A stretch of 64,000 nt of DNA from Ostrea edulis (Eukaryota). The stretch spans positions 108,748,001-108,812,000 of the forward strand of contig NC_079164.1 in assembly GCF_947568905.1 (NCBI RefSeq), in the 5' to 3' direction. Below the pieces are notes generated by a model. The model saw nothing but the letters and a program-made list of their open reading frames with translations, was not told the DNA's origin and searched no databases. Each line of letters opens with the position of its first letter. Positions within the stretch are counted from its first letter, which is position 1. Shown piece after piece: positions 13,421-24,089 of this stretch. The translations under genes were made by a program, and so were the position numbers.

Positions 13421-13693
13421 CCCATGAGGATCCAGGTTAGAATAGGTCATCAGTACCCGTTGCTTGTCGTAAGAGGCGTCTAAATGGGGCAGTCCTTCGG
13501 ATGAGACTGCAAAAACCGAGGTCCCGTGTTACAGCGGGTGTGGCACGATAAAGACCCCTCCCTGCTCAAAGGCCGTGGGCGCCGAGCATAGGCTTAAATT
13601 TTTGCAGCCCTTCACCGTCAGAAATGATGTCTCCATATGAGTGAAATATTCTCAAGAGGGACGTTAAACAATATTAAATCAATCAAATCAATC
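13421..13693 (+). mobile_element. 5'-truncated tRNA-derived SINE with (CAAT)n-like tail
   Basis: Colinear with the full-length SINE at 55671-56042 from CCCATG.GGATCC.GGTTAG to the CAATCAAATCAATC tail; lacks the tRNA head. Confidence 0.85.
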
Positions 13694-13748
13694 TTTATTG
13701 CATTTGTAATGGTCATTATTTTTCCTCGCTCTTCTTTTCAGATTAACA

Positions 13749-13925
13749 ATGGCGACAGGTCCCCCTAACTACAAAATTATTCTCTGTGGCGAATACGGTG
13801 TCGGGAAAAGTTCCATCTTCAGACGGTTCATGAATGATACCTTTACACTAGAAACCGGGAAAAAGTCCACTATAGGACTGGACCAAAGCTCCAGGGGGTT
13901 TAATGTCAGTGGAACGGACGTCAAG
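13749..13925 (+). CDS. RabX6: Rab-family small GTPase, coding exon 1 (RabX6-like)
   Basis: Pyrimidine tract plus CAG acceptor (AG at 13740-13741), ATG at 13749, P-loop GEYGVGKS, switch I KSTIGLD, phase-0 donor AAG|GTGTGT at 13926. The RabX6 name is from recalled similarity to insect RabX6 (GEYGVGKSS.FRRF, WDTGGMER) and is less certain than the Rab call. Confidence 0.9.
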
Positions 13926-15281
13926 GTGTGTATTTACAATCAACGCTTTGCTGTGTAGAAATTTAAAAGTGTAGGGTGCGATATTTATTTTACGAGAACA
14001 CTACGGTTTTTGATTGTAAGTCTCTGCACTACAGTAGCCAAATTTGCAAATTCTTATGAGTGAATCATGCGGATTTTTCTGCAACCTGACAGTTTTCGAT
14101 CCGTATCAGCGTACTGTTGATAATACACGCGTATAACTAGTAAGTGCATTGCATGATGGAGCCATTTCCGAGGTTTGGTGAAGAAATGCTATTGCGTTAC
14201 AGCTGTTCGTGATATCAGTGACGAATGTTGCTGTCCGACAGAACGGGAAGAGCTCCTTACTCCTATGTTGTGTAAGGAAGGAAACAGGCCCTTTTTGTTC
14301 TCGCTTTTTTCGTGGTCCATCTCAGGAAGTAGTTTTAACACAGTCTCCTCACACCAGTCTTCTCCCACAGTAAGAAAGAATATAAAAGGGGTACTATTAC
14401 AAATCGTTTGTGTAGGTATGGGTTTCAGTTTCAGCAGAGTTTAACTATTGTGACGTAAGCGAGGGATTTATGTACTTTTTTACTATGATATTTTATGGGC
14501 CCTGTCAGTTTTTGACGCAACAAGTATCGAAATGATAGGGTAATTATGTTAACTTGACCTACATGTTTAAAAGGAAAAAGGGTCATATAAGGAGAAGGTG
14601 CAATACTCTAGATATCATGGTGTAATGCCTATTTCTCAGAACACGATTATAAACAGACAGTTGAGGTTTACAGAATGATGAATGAACCGGCTTTTCTTGT
14701 TTTCTCTCACCTGTGTGGACTTCCATCTAATCTCTGCTTTACGACCCGTGTTAATCCCAGTAACACAAGCATTTTCGAAGATTGAATCTTGTACTTTGCG
14801 AATAAGAATCCTGTACCTTTGTGAATAAGTGGGGGTTAAATTAGAAGTTTCTTCACCTCATTAGAGAACGATGGCCCGGCTGATATAATCCCATGTAGAT
14901 GTCATGATTCGTATTACTCTTATCTTGTGATGAAATTACTGACATAGCTTAGTAAATGATTTCAAAGGGTAATTCCTGGATCCGCCACTGCAAAGGGCAA
15001 TTCGATTTAGGCTCACTTTTCTCTTGAAGTTATAAAAAAAAATTACCCATTGAATTAAAGTGAATTTTTAAAACTTCAAGTCAGCAATTTCTTTCTTTAA
15101 GATGAAAGGTCACGGTGCATATTTCCTGGAGCATTGTGCAATGAAGTTATGAAGTAACACTGCCGCTGCAGCGTGATGCGCAACGGGCGACCAAAAACAT
15201 AGCTAATGCTTAGACGTATTATCGGAATGTTATTATAAGTTATAAATGCGATATTGAGCCTAATGCATTTTATATCGCTGG

Positions 15282-15284
<3 letters not shown>

Positions 15285-15354
<70 letters not shown>
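15285..15354. repeat. (TC)n microsatellite
   Basis: Direct read. Confidence 0.98.
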
Positions 15355-16586
15355 ATTCGCTCGTTCAGGCAATCACGCAATTTTGAGTTTTTATATACCC
15401 TACCAAATCCGTTTCGAGTGGATGGTAAAGGTAGATATGCTTTTCTTCGATTCATGCGAGATGTATCTGAATAGATATGCTTTCTGTATACATCTTTATA
15501 TATTATTTCTATTGATGCGAGTTGGTCTACTATTTATCGTAAAGTGGTCAACTACCTCACCTTGTTTTTTCAAAAGTTTTAAATACTCTGTTTACATCGG
15601 AACAGGTGCTCCAGACCTCATTACTGAAGCTGGTGAAGTATAGACGTCCAAAAAATAACATGTTGGGCTATTCTTAATTGAATTTTAGATTTTTTTCCCT
15701 TCTTCTTCAAATAAGTCTGACTTTGAATTATGATTTGTAAACGAATGAAATCCAGCAGGCAAAAGAAAATATGTCACGGTTAAGGAGAGTTTGTTTACAA
15801 TGGACTGTGTGCGTAGAGTATAAACACAAAACTTTATTGTCGATAGTTGCAGTAGGTTTAATTTAAAGAGCCTTGCACAGCAGATTTCTATTTGTAGCAC
15901 AAACTGTTTGCATAAAAAATGAGAATAACTAGGAAAAGAAATGTAAGCGAAAAGAACAGGATTAAAACTCAGATATACCTGAAGCGAGGACACTTCTCCA
16001 AATCTTCCCTTTAATACTTTGTTTCCTCTGAAAGTTAGAAACATATAAAAAGTAGCTTACTCTTGCTACAAATGACATCATCTATAATTGAATATATCTC
16101 CACATGGTTTCCGTTTAATGGAGGGGGAAACTCGCATGCTTTCTTTAAATAAATTTCGCCTCCCTGACCCTTCGTTGTCACGATTCCTGACATGTTGTTT
16201 ATTGGAGAGAGCCAATGGAGTTTTTTGCATTGTTCGAAAAGAAACAGATTCTGCCGAAAATGAATTACAGACCATGTGTTGTCTAAAAAGTGGACAAAAC
16301 CTGTTCGTTTGAAAATGATTTCCCATTCAGCGAAAGTCTCAGCATGTACTCTTAAGTAAAAGAAAGGATATCCCGCAGTTACTAGAGCGGTTAAATATCG
16401 CAAACTGCCAGACTGAGAAATCTACTCAATACTTCCAACCCACAAAAACAAAGTCCTGGTCAACATGTTTCTCCCAAATTCTATTCATTTTACTTAGGGT
16501 GATAAGGAAATGTATAATTTTTCATAACATTTCAGGTACAATCCATGTTTCTACAAAAGACTTGGGGTGCATTACCCGACCGACTC

Positions 16587-17362
16587 CAGGGACTGACACT
16601 AATTTTAATACCAACCTGTCCCTTCGGACAAGTTAACATGAAATTTAGGTTGTCCGAATGGAAAATGTACTTGTCCGAAACTTGTCGCTTTTCACGATCT
16701 TTTACCCCACTAAAATACTTTGCCAACGATAATTGTTGGGCCATGTCTGCTGTCAGACGGTCTTCAACTTATAAACTAATAAAGATTATGATGTAGAAAT
16801 GATGCCCGATCTGAATGACACTCATTTCTGGCATCAAGCTGACATGTCATTTCTTACGTCGTAATATGTTTTATTTAAGACTATAATGGATCAAATAATC
16901 AGAGAATATTCCCCTTAAATTCTTTTTAATAAATTATTATTTGATAACCTATTGATAATTTTTCATTTTGGACATGTTTTTCGTAAAAATTATTGAATTT
17001 TAACTTCGGAAAAAGTGTTCTATATCTGTTTGTTCACTTCCAAGAATCACGCGACAATAGAGACATCTGATTGGCGCGATTAAAATACACCGTGAAGCTG
17101 ATTGGTCGATATTAATGAACAATCTAAATTTAGATCAGGGAAAACCAGAAAAACGCCATATTGATTATCAGATTATTTCTATCGACGAGATGTACTTCAA
17201 AAACTTTAAGGACTCTTTTCACGTAGAATTTATTAAAATTTCACGGATACCCTTCATTTATTTTTGGTTGTCCCATCGGACAGGTAAACTACAGAACTTA
17301 GTTGTCCGACCACCGTTTTAAGTTGTCCCGGACAATCGGACAGCCGTTAGTGTCAGTCCCTG
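16587..17362. mobile_element. 776-bp MITE with 16-bp TIRs and 5-bp TSD (hAT5-like), in the Rab intron
   Basis: CAGGGACTGACACTAA ... TTAGTGTCAGTCCCTG; GACTC at 16582-16586 and 17363-17367; repeated subterminal TTGTCC/GGACA motifs. Confidence 0.9.
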
Positions 17363-17830
17363 GACTCTAAATTTTCCTTCCGACCCTGATTTTCCGGATA
17401 AATTCCAGTCCATAATTTACGTAAACTTCGTTTGTCAAATTAAAAAAATCTAATAAGTTCGGGCTCGATATTCAAATTATCGGAATTTTTCAAAATGGTG
17501 TCGTGCATGCTTTCTGCAAGTAGATCAGGACAGATATACATGCAATCATGTGTTAAATAAGATAAAATAAGTTGCCAAAATGTCACCTTTCAATTTATTT
17601 TAATATTTTGCCAAATTCTTAACACTTGATGCTACATGTCAGTACTCAAAAATGTATGTATTAGGTATAATGATACAAGGCGAATAATTACTGAATTTGA
17701 AAAAAAAAACAGCAACAAAATTTCTATCCCTGACCTTAATTTCTTTTGAAGATGTAATCGGAGACACACATGATTTTTTATTGCCTAATACAAAAAGTTG
17801 TGAATAGATAGATAGATAGATATATTCTTT

Positions 17831-17905
17831 GGATCAATCGGGGATTGAACCCGGGACTCTTGCATTACTAGTTAGGTGATTTTACCACTGAGCTTACCAT
17901 ACCGA
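17831..17905 (-). mobile_element. tRNA-derived SINE head remnant
   Basis: Minus strand has A-box-like AAGCTCAGTGGTA and B box GGTTCAATCCC; no acceptor stem, so not an intact tRNA. Confidence 0.6.
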
Positions 17906-18052
17906 TATACGAAGTATGGCAATATTTCTGAAATCATACAAGAACTCTTCATATGGAGGAGATGATGAAAATAAAGAGAAAATATACACTTTTAGAAATG
18001 CAGTTTATCCATACATTTAAATATCGTTCATATATTTTCTTCATTGTTTCAG

Positions 18053-18496
18053 TTAACTCTTTGGGACACTGGTGGAATGGAACGAATGAGCTTCATTGGC
18101 TCCAGTTATTATAGAGGTGCGCATGCAGCCTTGTTGTGTTACAGTATTAAGAACCGAGAGACATTTACAATTCTTTCACAGTACATATTAGACATTGTCA
18201 TGAATGCCGAGGGTGCCAAAATTTTCCTCTGTGGCAACATGGCTGATTGTGATGGCGAGGATCAAGTGACTGATGCTGACATTGAGAGTTTCGAACGCGA
18301 GTGTGGTGACGTTTTATCCGGAATGTACAAAATATCCTGCAAAGACAACTCGGGGGTATTCGAAATGTTCAAAGACATGGCTAGAGTTCTTCATCAGGAG
18401 GCTTTAGGTAAAATGACCTTGAGACGGGAATTAAATGTGATTCGCCCAGGGGAATCACCGGAAAATGACGAATCTCAGAAGAAAAAATGCTGTTGA
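18053..18496 (+). CDS. RabX6: Rab-family small GTPase, coding exon 2 (RabX6-like), ends ..KKKCC*
   Basis: Acceptor TTTTCTTCATTGTTTCAG| in phase 0 joins DVK to LTLWDTGGMER. Contains RabF4 YYRGA, G4-like GNMAD, G5 SCK and a C-terminal di-cysteine geranylgeranylation motif. Spliced product is 206 aa. Confidence 0.92.
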   Translation, partial: LTLWDTGGMERMSFIGSSYYRGAHAALLCYSIKNRETFTILSQYILDIVMNAEGAKIFLCGNMADCDGEDQVTDADIESFERECGDVLSGMYKISCKDNSGVFEMFKDMARVLHQEALGKMTLRRELNVIRPGESPENDESQKKKCC

Positions 18497-18782
18497 ATGA
18501 TTGTGTAAAATATTAGTATGTTGGTCGCCATTTGTGTAGATAAATCGTGTGTATAAACATTATTTAGAAGATACTGGTGTAATCTGTGTACATCGAATAA
18601 CTACATGGGTTGAAAATATTCTTATTTGTTTCAATTTTCAATGCATGCATGTAGGTGTCCTTATTTTATCAGATATTGAAGTATTTAATTTGTATCTGAA
18701 TATCCCGACATTCTCACGTCGATATGTACATACCAATTTTGATACACCACAGAAGAGAACGCTGGTTATTCATTGATATATT

Positions 18783-18969
18783 CATGCGGATCCAGGAATG
18801 GGGGCAGGGACCCCCTCAGGAATGAGAAACATGTAAATTTGTATTTTTTGCAGTTTATATAGTTTGCAGGTATGGACCCTTTGTAATTGTAGGGTGTACG
18901 ATTTGCAGTTTTTGTATAGTTAGCAGGTATGAACCCCCTCTCAGAAAAAAAAATCTGGATCCGCCCATA
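18783..18969. mobile_element. degenerate MITE of the GCGGATCCAG-TIR group, downstream of the Rab stop codon
   Basis: CATGCGGATCCAGG ... TCTGGATCCGCCCAT; TSD not clear. Confidence 0.55.
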
Positions 18970-19420
18970 CCATTTATGCACTTTGATAACCTCAGTGAAA
19001 ATAAAATATGACGGTTGATCAGCTTGCTGAATATAATTCATTTTATTGAATATGCGATTTAACTATTATGTTTCTCATTTGTGTTATTATCATTGACCAG
19101 TACTGGGTCCATTATTGAACATTCATCCTTTTACATCTTGTCCTATAATTCGGCTAATAGAAATATTTGCGTGTCCACGTGAATGGTTATTTATGCCAAC
19201 TACAACATTTTCATATTATTTTACTACCTTTTTTGTATACTTATTTCAAACTTAATGCAATCCCTTACTTTCAATTTTAAAACGAAAGTGCCTTGATCAA
19301 ATATACTCAAAATTATAGATACATGAACAAGTCTTCCTTTTTAAATGCATCATTGTATGTAAACATGCATGTTATGATCAGTATTTCTGTTGTTGTAAAA
19401 TATTGTTTCTAAACTGGATA

Positions 19421-19426
19421 AATAAA
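19421..19426 (+). terminator. candidate polyadenylation signal for the Rab gene (alternative AATAAA at 19000-19005)
   Basis: AATAAA hexamers downstream of the stop; AT-rich DNA makes these weak evidence. Confidence 0.3.
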
Positions 19427-19646
19427 TGATCGTGAACTTCTTAAACCATCTATAATTGTTGTTTTTGTTTGTTTGTTTTTTTCCTTTTTTTTTCTTTTTT
19501 ATATATATATATTTTTGTTACTTGATTACTGAAATGTTAGTCCTATTGTGTCAATGCAAAATTTAATTTCTGTCTTCGTCCAGGTTTCAACTTTATGTGG
19601 AGACAAGATGCGCGCAGGTCTCATCGGTTACAAAAGTATAAGTTAA

Positions 19647-19705
19647 TTGATTGATTGATTGTTTTACGTCCCGTCGAGAATTTTTCACTCATATTGAGAC
19701 GTTAG
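19647..19705 (-). mobile_element. SINE 3' tail fragment
   Basis: TTGATTGATTGATTGTTTTACGTCCCGTCGAGAATTTTTCACTCATA is the reverse complement of the shared SINE tail. Confidence 0.75.
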
Positions 19706-19719
19706 TACTAGGTAAAAGT

Positions 19720-20240
19720 TTCACTAACCCCAGGGTCTACGGAATCTATAACAATGATTTTCCTGTTCTACATATCTAAGCGAAATTCTAATGTTCAGCA
19801 GTAGTATAAAACAAGATGTGTTCCTTTTTGGTAAATTCCTTTTGCTTTTCCTAAATCTGGTACCGAAACATGCACCAACTCCTTGGACCATGAAATTTAC
19901 AGTTTTGGTGAAGGGCTACCTTCTAAATATCCATTTAGTTTCAATTTCGTAACAGCAGCATGAAAGATATGCATTACATGCCAAGTTTAGCCCCGTCCTG
20001 GAGTCAGAGCCTCTACTCTTGGAATCGCGAAATTCATAATTTTGGTAAAGGCTTTCCTTATCTTCATGGCTATCCATTTCGTTTTTCTTACAGATGTGTG
20101 GTTGTTGAGAAGATTTTTGAAAATTGGTTAATTTTTGGCAGTTTTTACCCAGCACCTAAGGCCCCAGGGGTGCAGGGATACTGACCTTTATACTCTCATT
20201 GCCCCAAAAATGCTTTATGCTAAATTTAAAAAGAATTGGA
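19720..20240. mobile_element. degenerate Helentron-type non-autonomous element with oyster Cg170-like monomers
   Basis: Repeated CATGAAATTTACAGTTTTGGT / GAAATTCATAATTTTGGTAAAGG and GAAGATTTTTGAAAATTGG motifs; recalled resemblance to oyster HINE-borne satellites. Boundaries approximate. Confidence 0.5.
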
Positions 20241-20809
20241 AGGGTACTAGTTAAAATGGTGATGAGCAAAGACAATGTGATTCTAGTACAAACGTTTAAT
20301 AGTTAATAAGATTATCTCTGAGCAGTATTAAATTACTGATCTGTTCTGTGTATGGCTGTCAACGTGTACAATATGTATGCTGTCACCCTGCAGTGTGCAT
20401 TTTTTAAAATAATAAATACAGGGACCTTGACTTGATTCATGCAGATATATGATTTAAAGAATTGGAAATCTCTCAAGCGTTTGATCCTAAATCGATTCTT
20501 TTAAGCAGCTGTTACGCAAGTCTTTCAAATCAATGATTTTTTTTTTCTCATGGTTACCGCTGAACAGTTTGACCGACAATGAATGAGATTTAGTGCCAGA
20601 TATGAATTGAATAAAATCAAATTCTGAGTTAAGTATACACTGTATGCTATTCATAATATACCATGATATAAATATTTGTCGTATATCAATTTGCTCTAAG
20701 GCACCAATGTTTACAGTAGGTCGAGACTGATACATGTAGTAAGAATTGGGAGGTTTATTGAAAGGATTGATATAGTGCGCATAGTGTGAAATATGCTAGA
20801 CATAGTGCG

Positions 20810-23248
20810 ATATTTCACACTGTCTAAAACATCGCACTATGTCTAGGATATTTCACAGTCTAAATCATATCGCACTATGTCTAGGATATTTCACACTGCC
20901 TAAAACATATCACACTATGTCTAGGATATTTCACACTGTCTAAAACATATCGCACTATGTCTAGGATATTTCACACTGTCTAAAACATATCAAACTATGT
21001 CTAGGATATTTCACTCTGTCTAAAACATACCGCACTATGTCTAGGTTATTTCGCACTCTCTAAAACATATCGCACTATGTCTAGGATATTTCACTCTGTC
21101 TAAAACATCGAACTATGTCTAGGATATTTCACTCTGTCTAAAACATATCACACTATGTCTAGGATATTTCACACTGTCTAAAACATTCGCACTATGTCTA
21201 GGATATTTCACTCTGTCTAAAACATATCGCATTATGTCTAGGATATTTCGCACTCTCTAAAACATATCGCACTATGTCTAGGATATTTCACACTGTCTAA
21301 AACATATCGCACTATGTCTCTAGGATATTTCACACTGTCTAAAACATATCGCACTATGTCTAGGATATTTCACACTGTCTAAAACATATCTCACTATGTC
21401 TAAGATATTTCGCACTCTCTAAAACATATCGCACTATGTCTCTAGGATATTTCACACTGTCTAAAACATATCGCACTATGTCTAGGATATTTCACTCTGT
21501 CTAAAACATATCGCACTATGTCTAGGATATTTCACACTGTCTAAAACATATCGCACTATGTCTCTAGGATATTTCGCACTGTCTAAAACATATCGCACTA
21601 TGTCCCTAGGATATTTCACACTGTCTAAAACATACCGCACGATGTCTAGGATATTTCACACTGTCTAAAACATATCTCACTATGTCTAAGATATTTCGCA
21701 CTCTCTAAAACATATCGCACTATGTCTCTAGGATATTTCACACTGTCTAAAACATATCGCACTATGTATAGGATATTTCACACTGTCTAAAACATATCGT
21801 ACTATGTCTCTAGGATATTTCGCACTGTCTAAAACATATCACACTATGTCCCTAGGATATTTCACACTGTCTAAAACATATCGCACTATGTTTAGGATAT
21901 TTCGCACTGTCTAAAACATCGCACTATGTATAAGATTTTTCACACTGTCTAAAACATATCGCACTATGTCTAAGATATTTCACGATGTCTAAAACATATC
22001 GCACTATGTCTAGGATGTTTCTCACTGTCTAAAACATATCGCACTATGTCTAGGATATTTCACACTGTCTAAAACATATCGCACTATGTCTAGGATATTT
22101 CATACTGTCTAAAACATATCACACTATGTCTCTAGGATATTTTGCACTGTCTAAAACATATCGCTCTATGTCCCTAGGATATTTCACACTGTCTAAAACA
22201 TACCGCACTATGTCTAGGATATTTCGCACTGTCTAAAATATATCGCACTATGTCTAAGATATTTCACACTGTCTAAAACATATCGCACTATGTCTAGGAT
22301 ATTTCGCACTGTTTAAAACATATCGCATTATGTCTAGGATATTTCACACTGTCTAAAACATATTGCACTATGTCTAGAGTATTTCGCACTTTCTAAAACA
22401 TATCGCACTATGTCTCTAGGATATTTGACACTGTCTAAACCATATCGCACTATGTCTAGGATATTTCGCACTGTCTAAAACATATCACACTATGTCCCTA
22501 GGATATTTCACACTGTCTAAAACATATCGCACTATGTTTAGGATATTTCGCACTGTCTAAAACATCGCACTATGTATAAGATTTTTCACACTGTCTAAAA
22601 CATATCGCACTATGTCTAAGATATTTCACGATGTCTAAAACATATCGCACTATGTCTAGGATGTTTCTCACTGTCTAAAACATATCGCACTATGTCTAGG
22701 ATATTTCACACTGTCTAAAACATATCGCACTATGTCTAGGATATTTCATACTGTCTAAAACATATCACACTATGTCTCTAGGATATTTTGCACTGTCTAA
22801 AACATATCGCTCTATGTCCCTAGGATATTTCACACTGTCTAAAACATACCGCACTATGTCTAGGATATTTCGCACTGTCTAAAATATATCGCACTATGTC
22901 TAAGATATTTCACACTGTCTAAAACATATCGCACTATGTCTAGGATATTTCGCACTGTTTAAAACATATCGCATTATGTCTAGGATATTTCACACTGTCT
23001 AAAACATATTGCACTATGTCTAGAGTATTTCGCACTTTCTAAAACATATCGGACTATGTCTAGGATATTTCGCACTCTCTAAAACATATCGCACTATGTC
23101 TAAGATATTTCACACTCTCTAAAACATATCGCACTATGTCTAAGATATTTTGCACTGTCTAAAACATATCGGACTATGTCTCTAGGATATTTCTCAATGT
23201 CTAAAACATATCGCACTATGTTTAAGATATTTCGTACTCTCTAAAACA
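20810..23248. repeat. 40-bp satellite array (21+19 bp dimer), about 61 units, with a 646-bp internal duplication
   Basis: Unit CTGTCTAAAACATATCGCACTATGTCTAGGATATTTCACA. Diagnostic variants recur at offset 646 (TAAGATTTTT at 21931/22577; GAGT at 22377/23023). Confidence 0.97.
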
Positions 23249-23482
23249 ATTTAATTTAGTGCGATCATCTTAAGTGTGTGGTATATTGTAGGTATACTGT
23301 GATGCATCCTAGGCGTAATACGAGATATTCTCGTATAATGCGATACCGGTATGTCATATATGTGATAAATCCTAGGTGTGTAAATATCCCAGCCATTGTG
23401 TGATTTCTTATATATTTCTTATCATAGTATATGATCTGATACAGGGTATTTGGCATCGCTGATATAAAAACTCTAACGTGCC

Positions 23483-23740
23483 CTTTATTACACACCCTGT
23501 GTCATGCTCTTTTTTCGTATCCTTTATCTCACCCTCTATATCACACCCTGTGTTATGCTCTTTTTTCGTATTCTTCATCTCACCCTCTATTACAAACCCT
23601 GTGTCATCCTCTTTTTTCGTATTCTTCATCTCACCCTCTATTACAAACCCTGCGTCATCCTCTTTTTTCGTATTCTTCATCTCACCCTCTATTACAAACC
23701 CTGTGTCATGCTCCTTTTTCGTATCCTTTATCTCACCCTT
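23483..23740. repeat. 51-bp minisatellite, about 5 units
   Basis: Unit CACCCTCTATTACAAACCCTGTGTCATCCTCTTTTTTCGTATTCTTCATCT; its 17-codon period explains three overlapping ORFs. Confidence 0.93.
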
Positions 23741-23981
23741 TCGAAAGCTTTTCTGGAATACATCTGTAGTACCTCGGGTTGTGCTCCCTTGGAATAAGTT
23801 ATATTGCTATTGGATATATATATTGATGAGCTATATATATATTGAATAGAAATGTTCAATGATTGAAATGCATATAATCACATTTGAATTGTGGACACTT
23901 TTTTCAAATATATATGAAAGCAACAATACATATCAAAATCTTTATCACGCCTCATATAAACCCTCGACCAGTACTCGGCCC

Positions 23982-24089
23982 TCGGGCTGATATTGGAGTC
24001 TCGGGCTGATATTGGAGTTTCGGGCTGATATTGGAGTCTCGGGCTGATATCGGAGTCTCGGGCTGATATTGGAGTCTCGGGCTGATATG
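23982..24089. repeat. 19-bp minisatellite, about 5.6 units
   Basis: Unit TCGGGCTGATATTGGAGTC. Confidence 0.95.

Noticed and set aside
14261-14358. Antisense exon nested in the Rab intron (DWCEETVLKLLPEMDHEKSENKKGLFPSLHNIG)
   Set aside because: The donor is good, but the first AG after the pyrimidine tract is a GAG; no partner exons and no recognisable motif.
17831-17905. Functional tRNA gene (also 55671-55755 and 56420-56505)
   Set aside because: A/B boxes are present but no acceptor stem or cloverleaf; these are SINE heads.
23408-23849. Three overlapping repetitive ORFs
   Set aside because: By-products of a 51-bp (17-codon) minisatellite.
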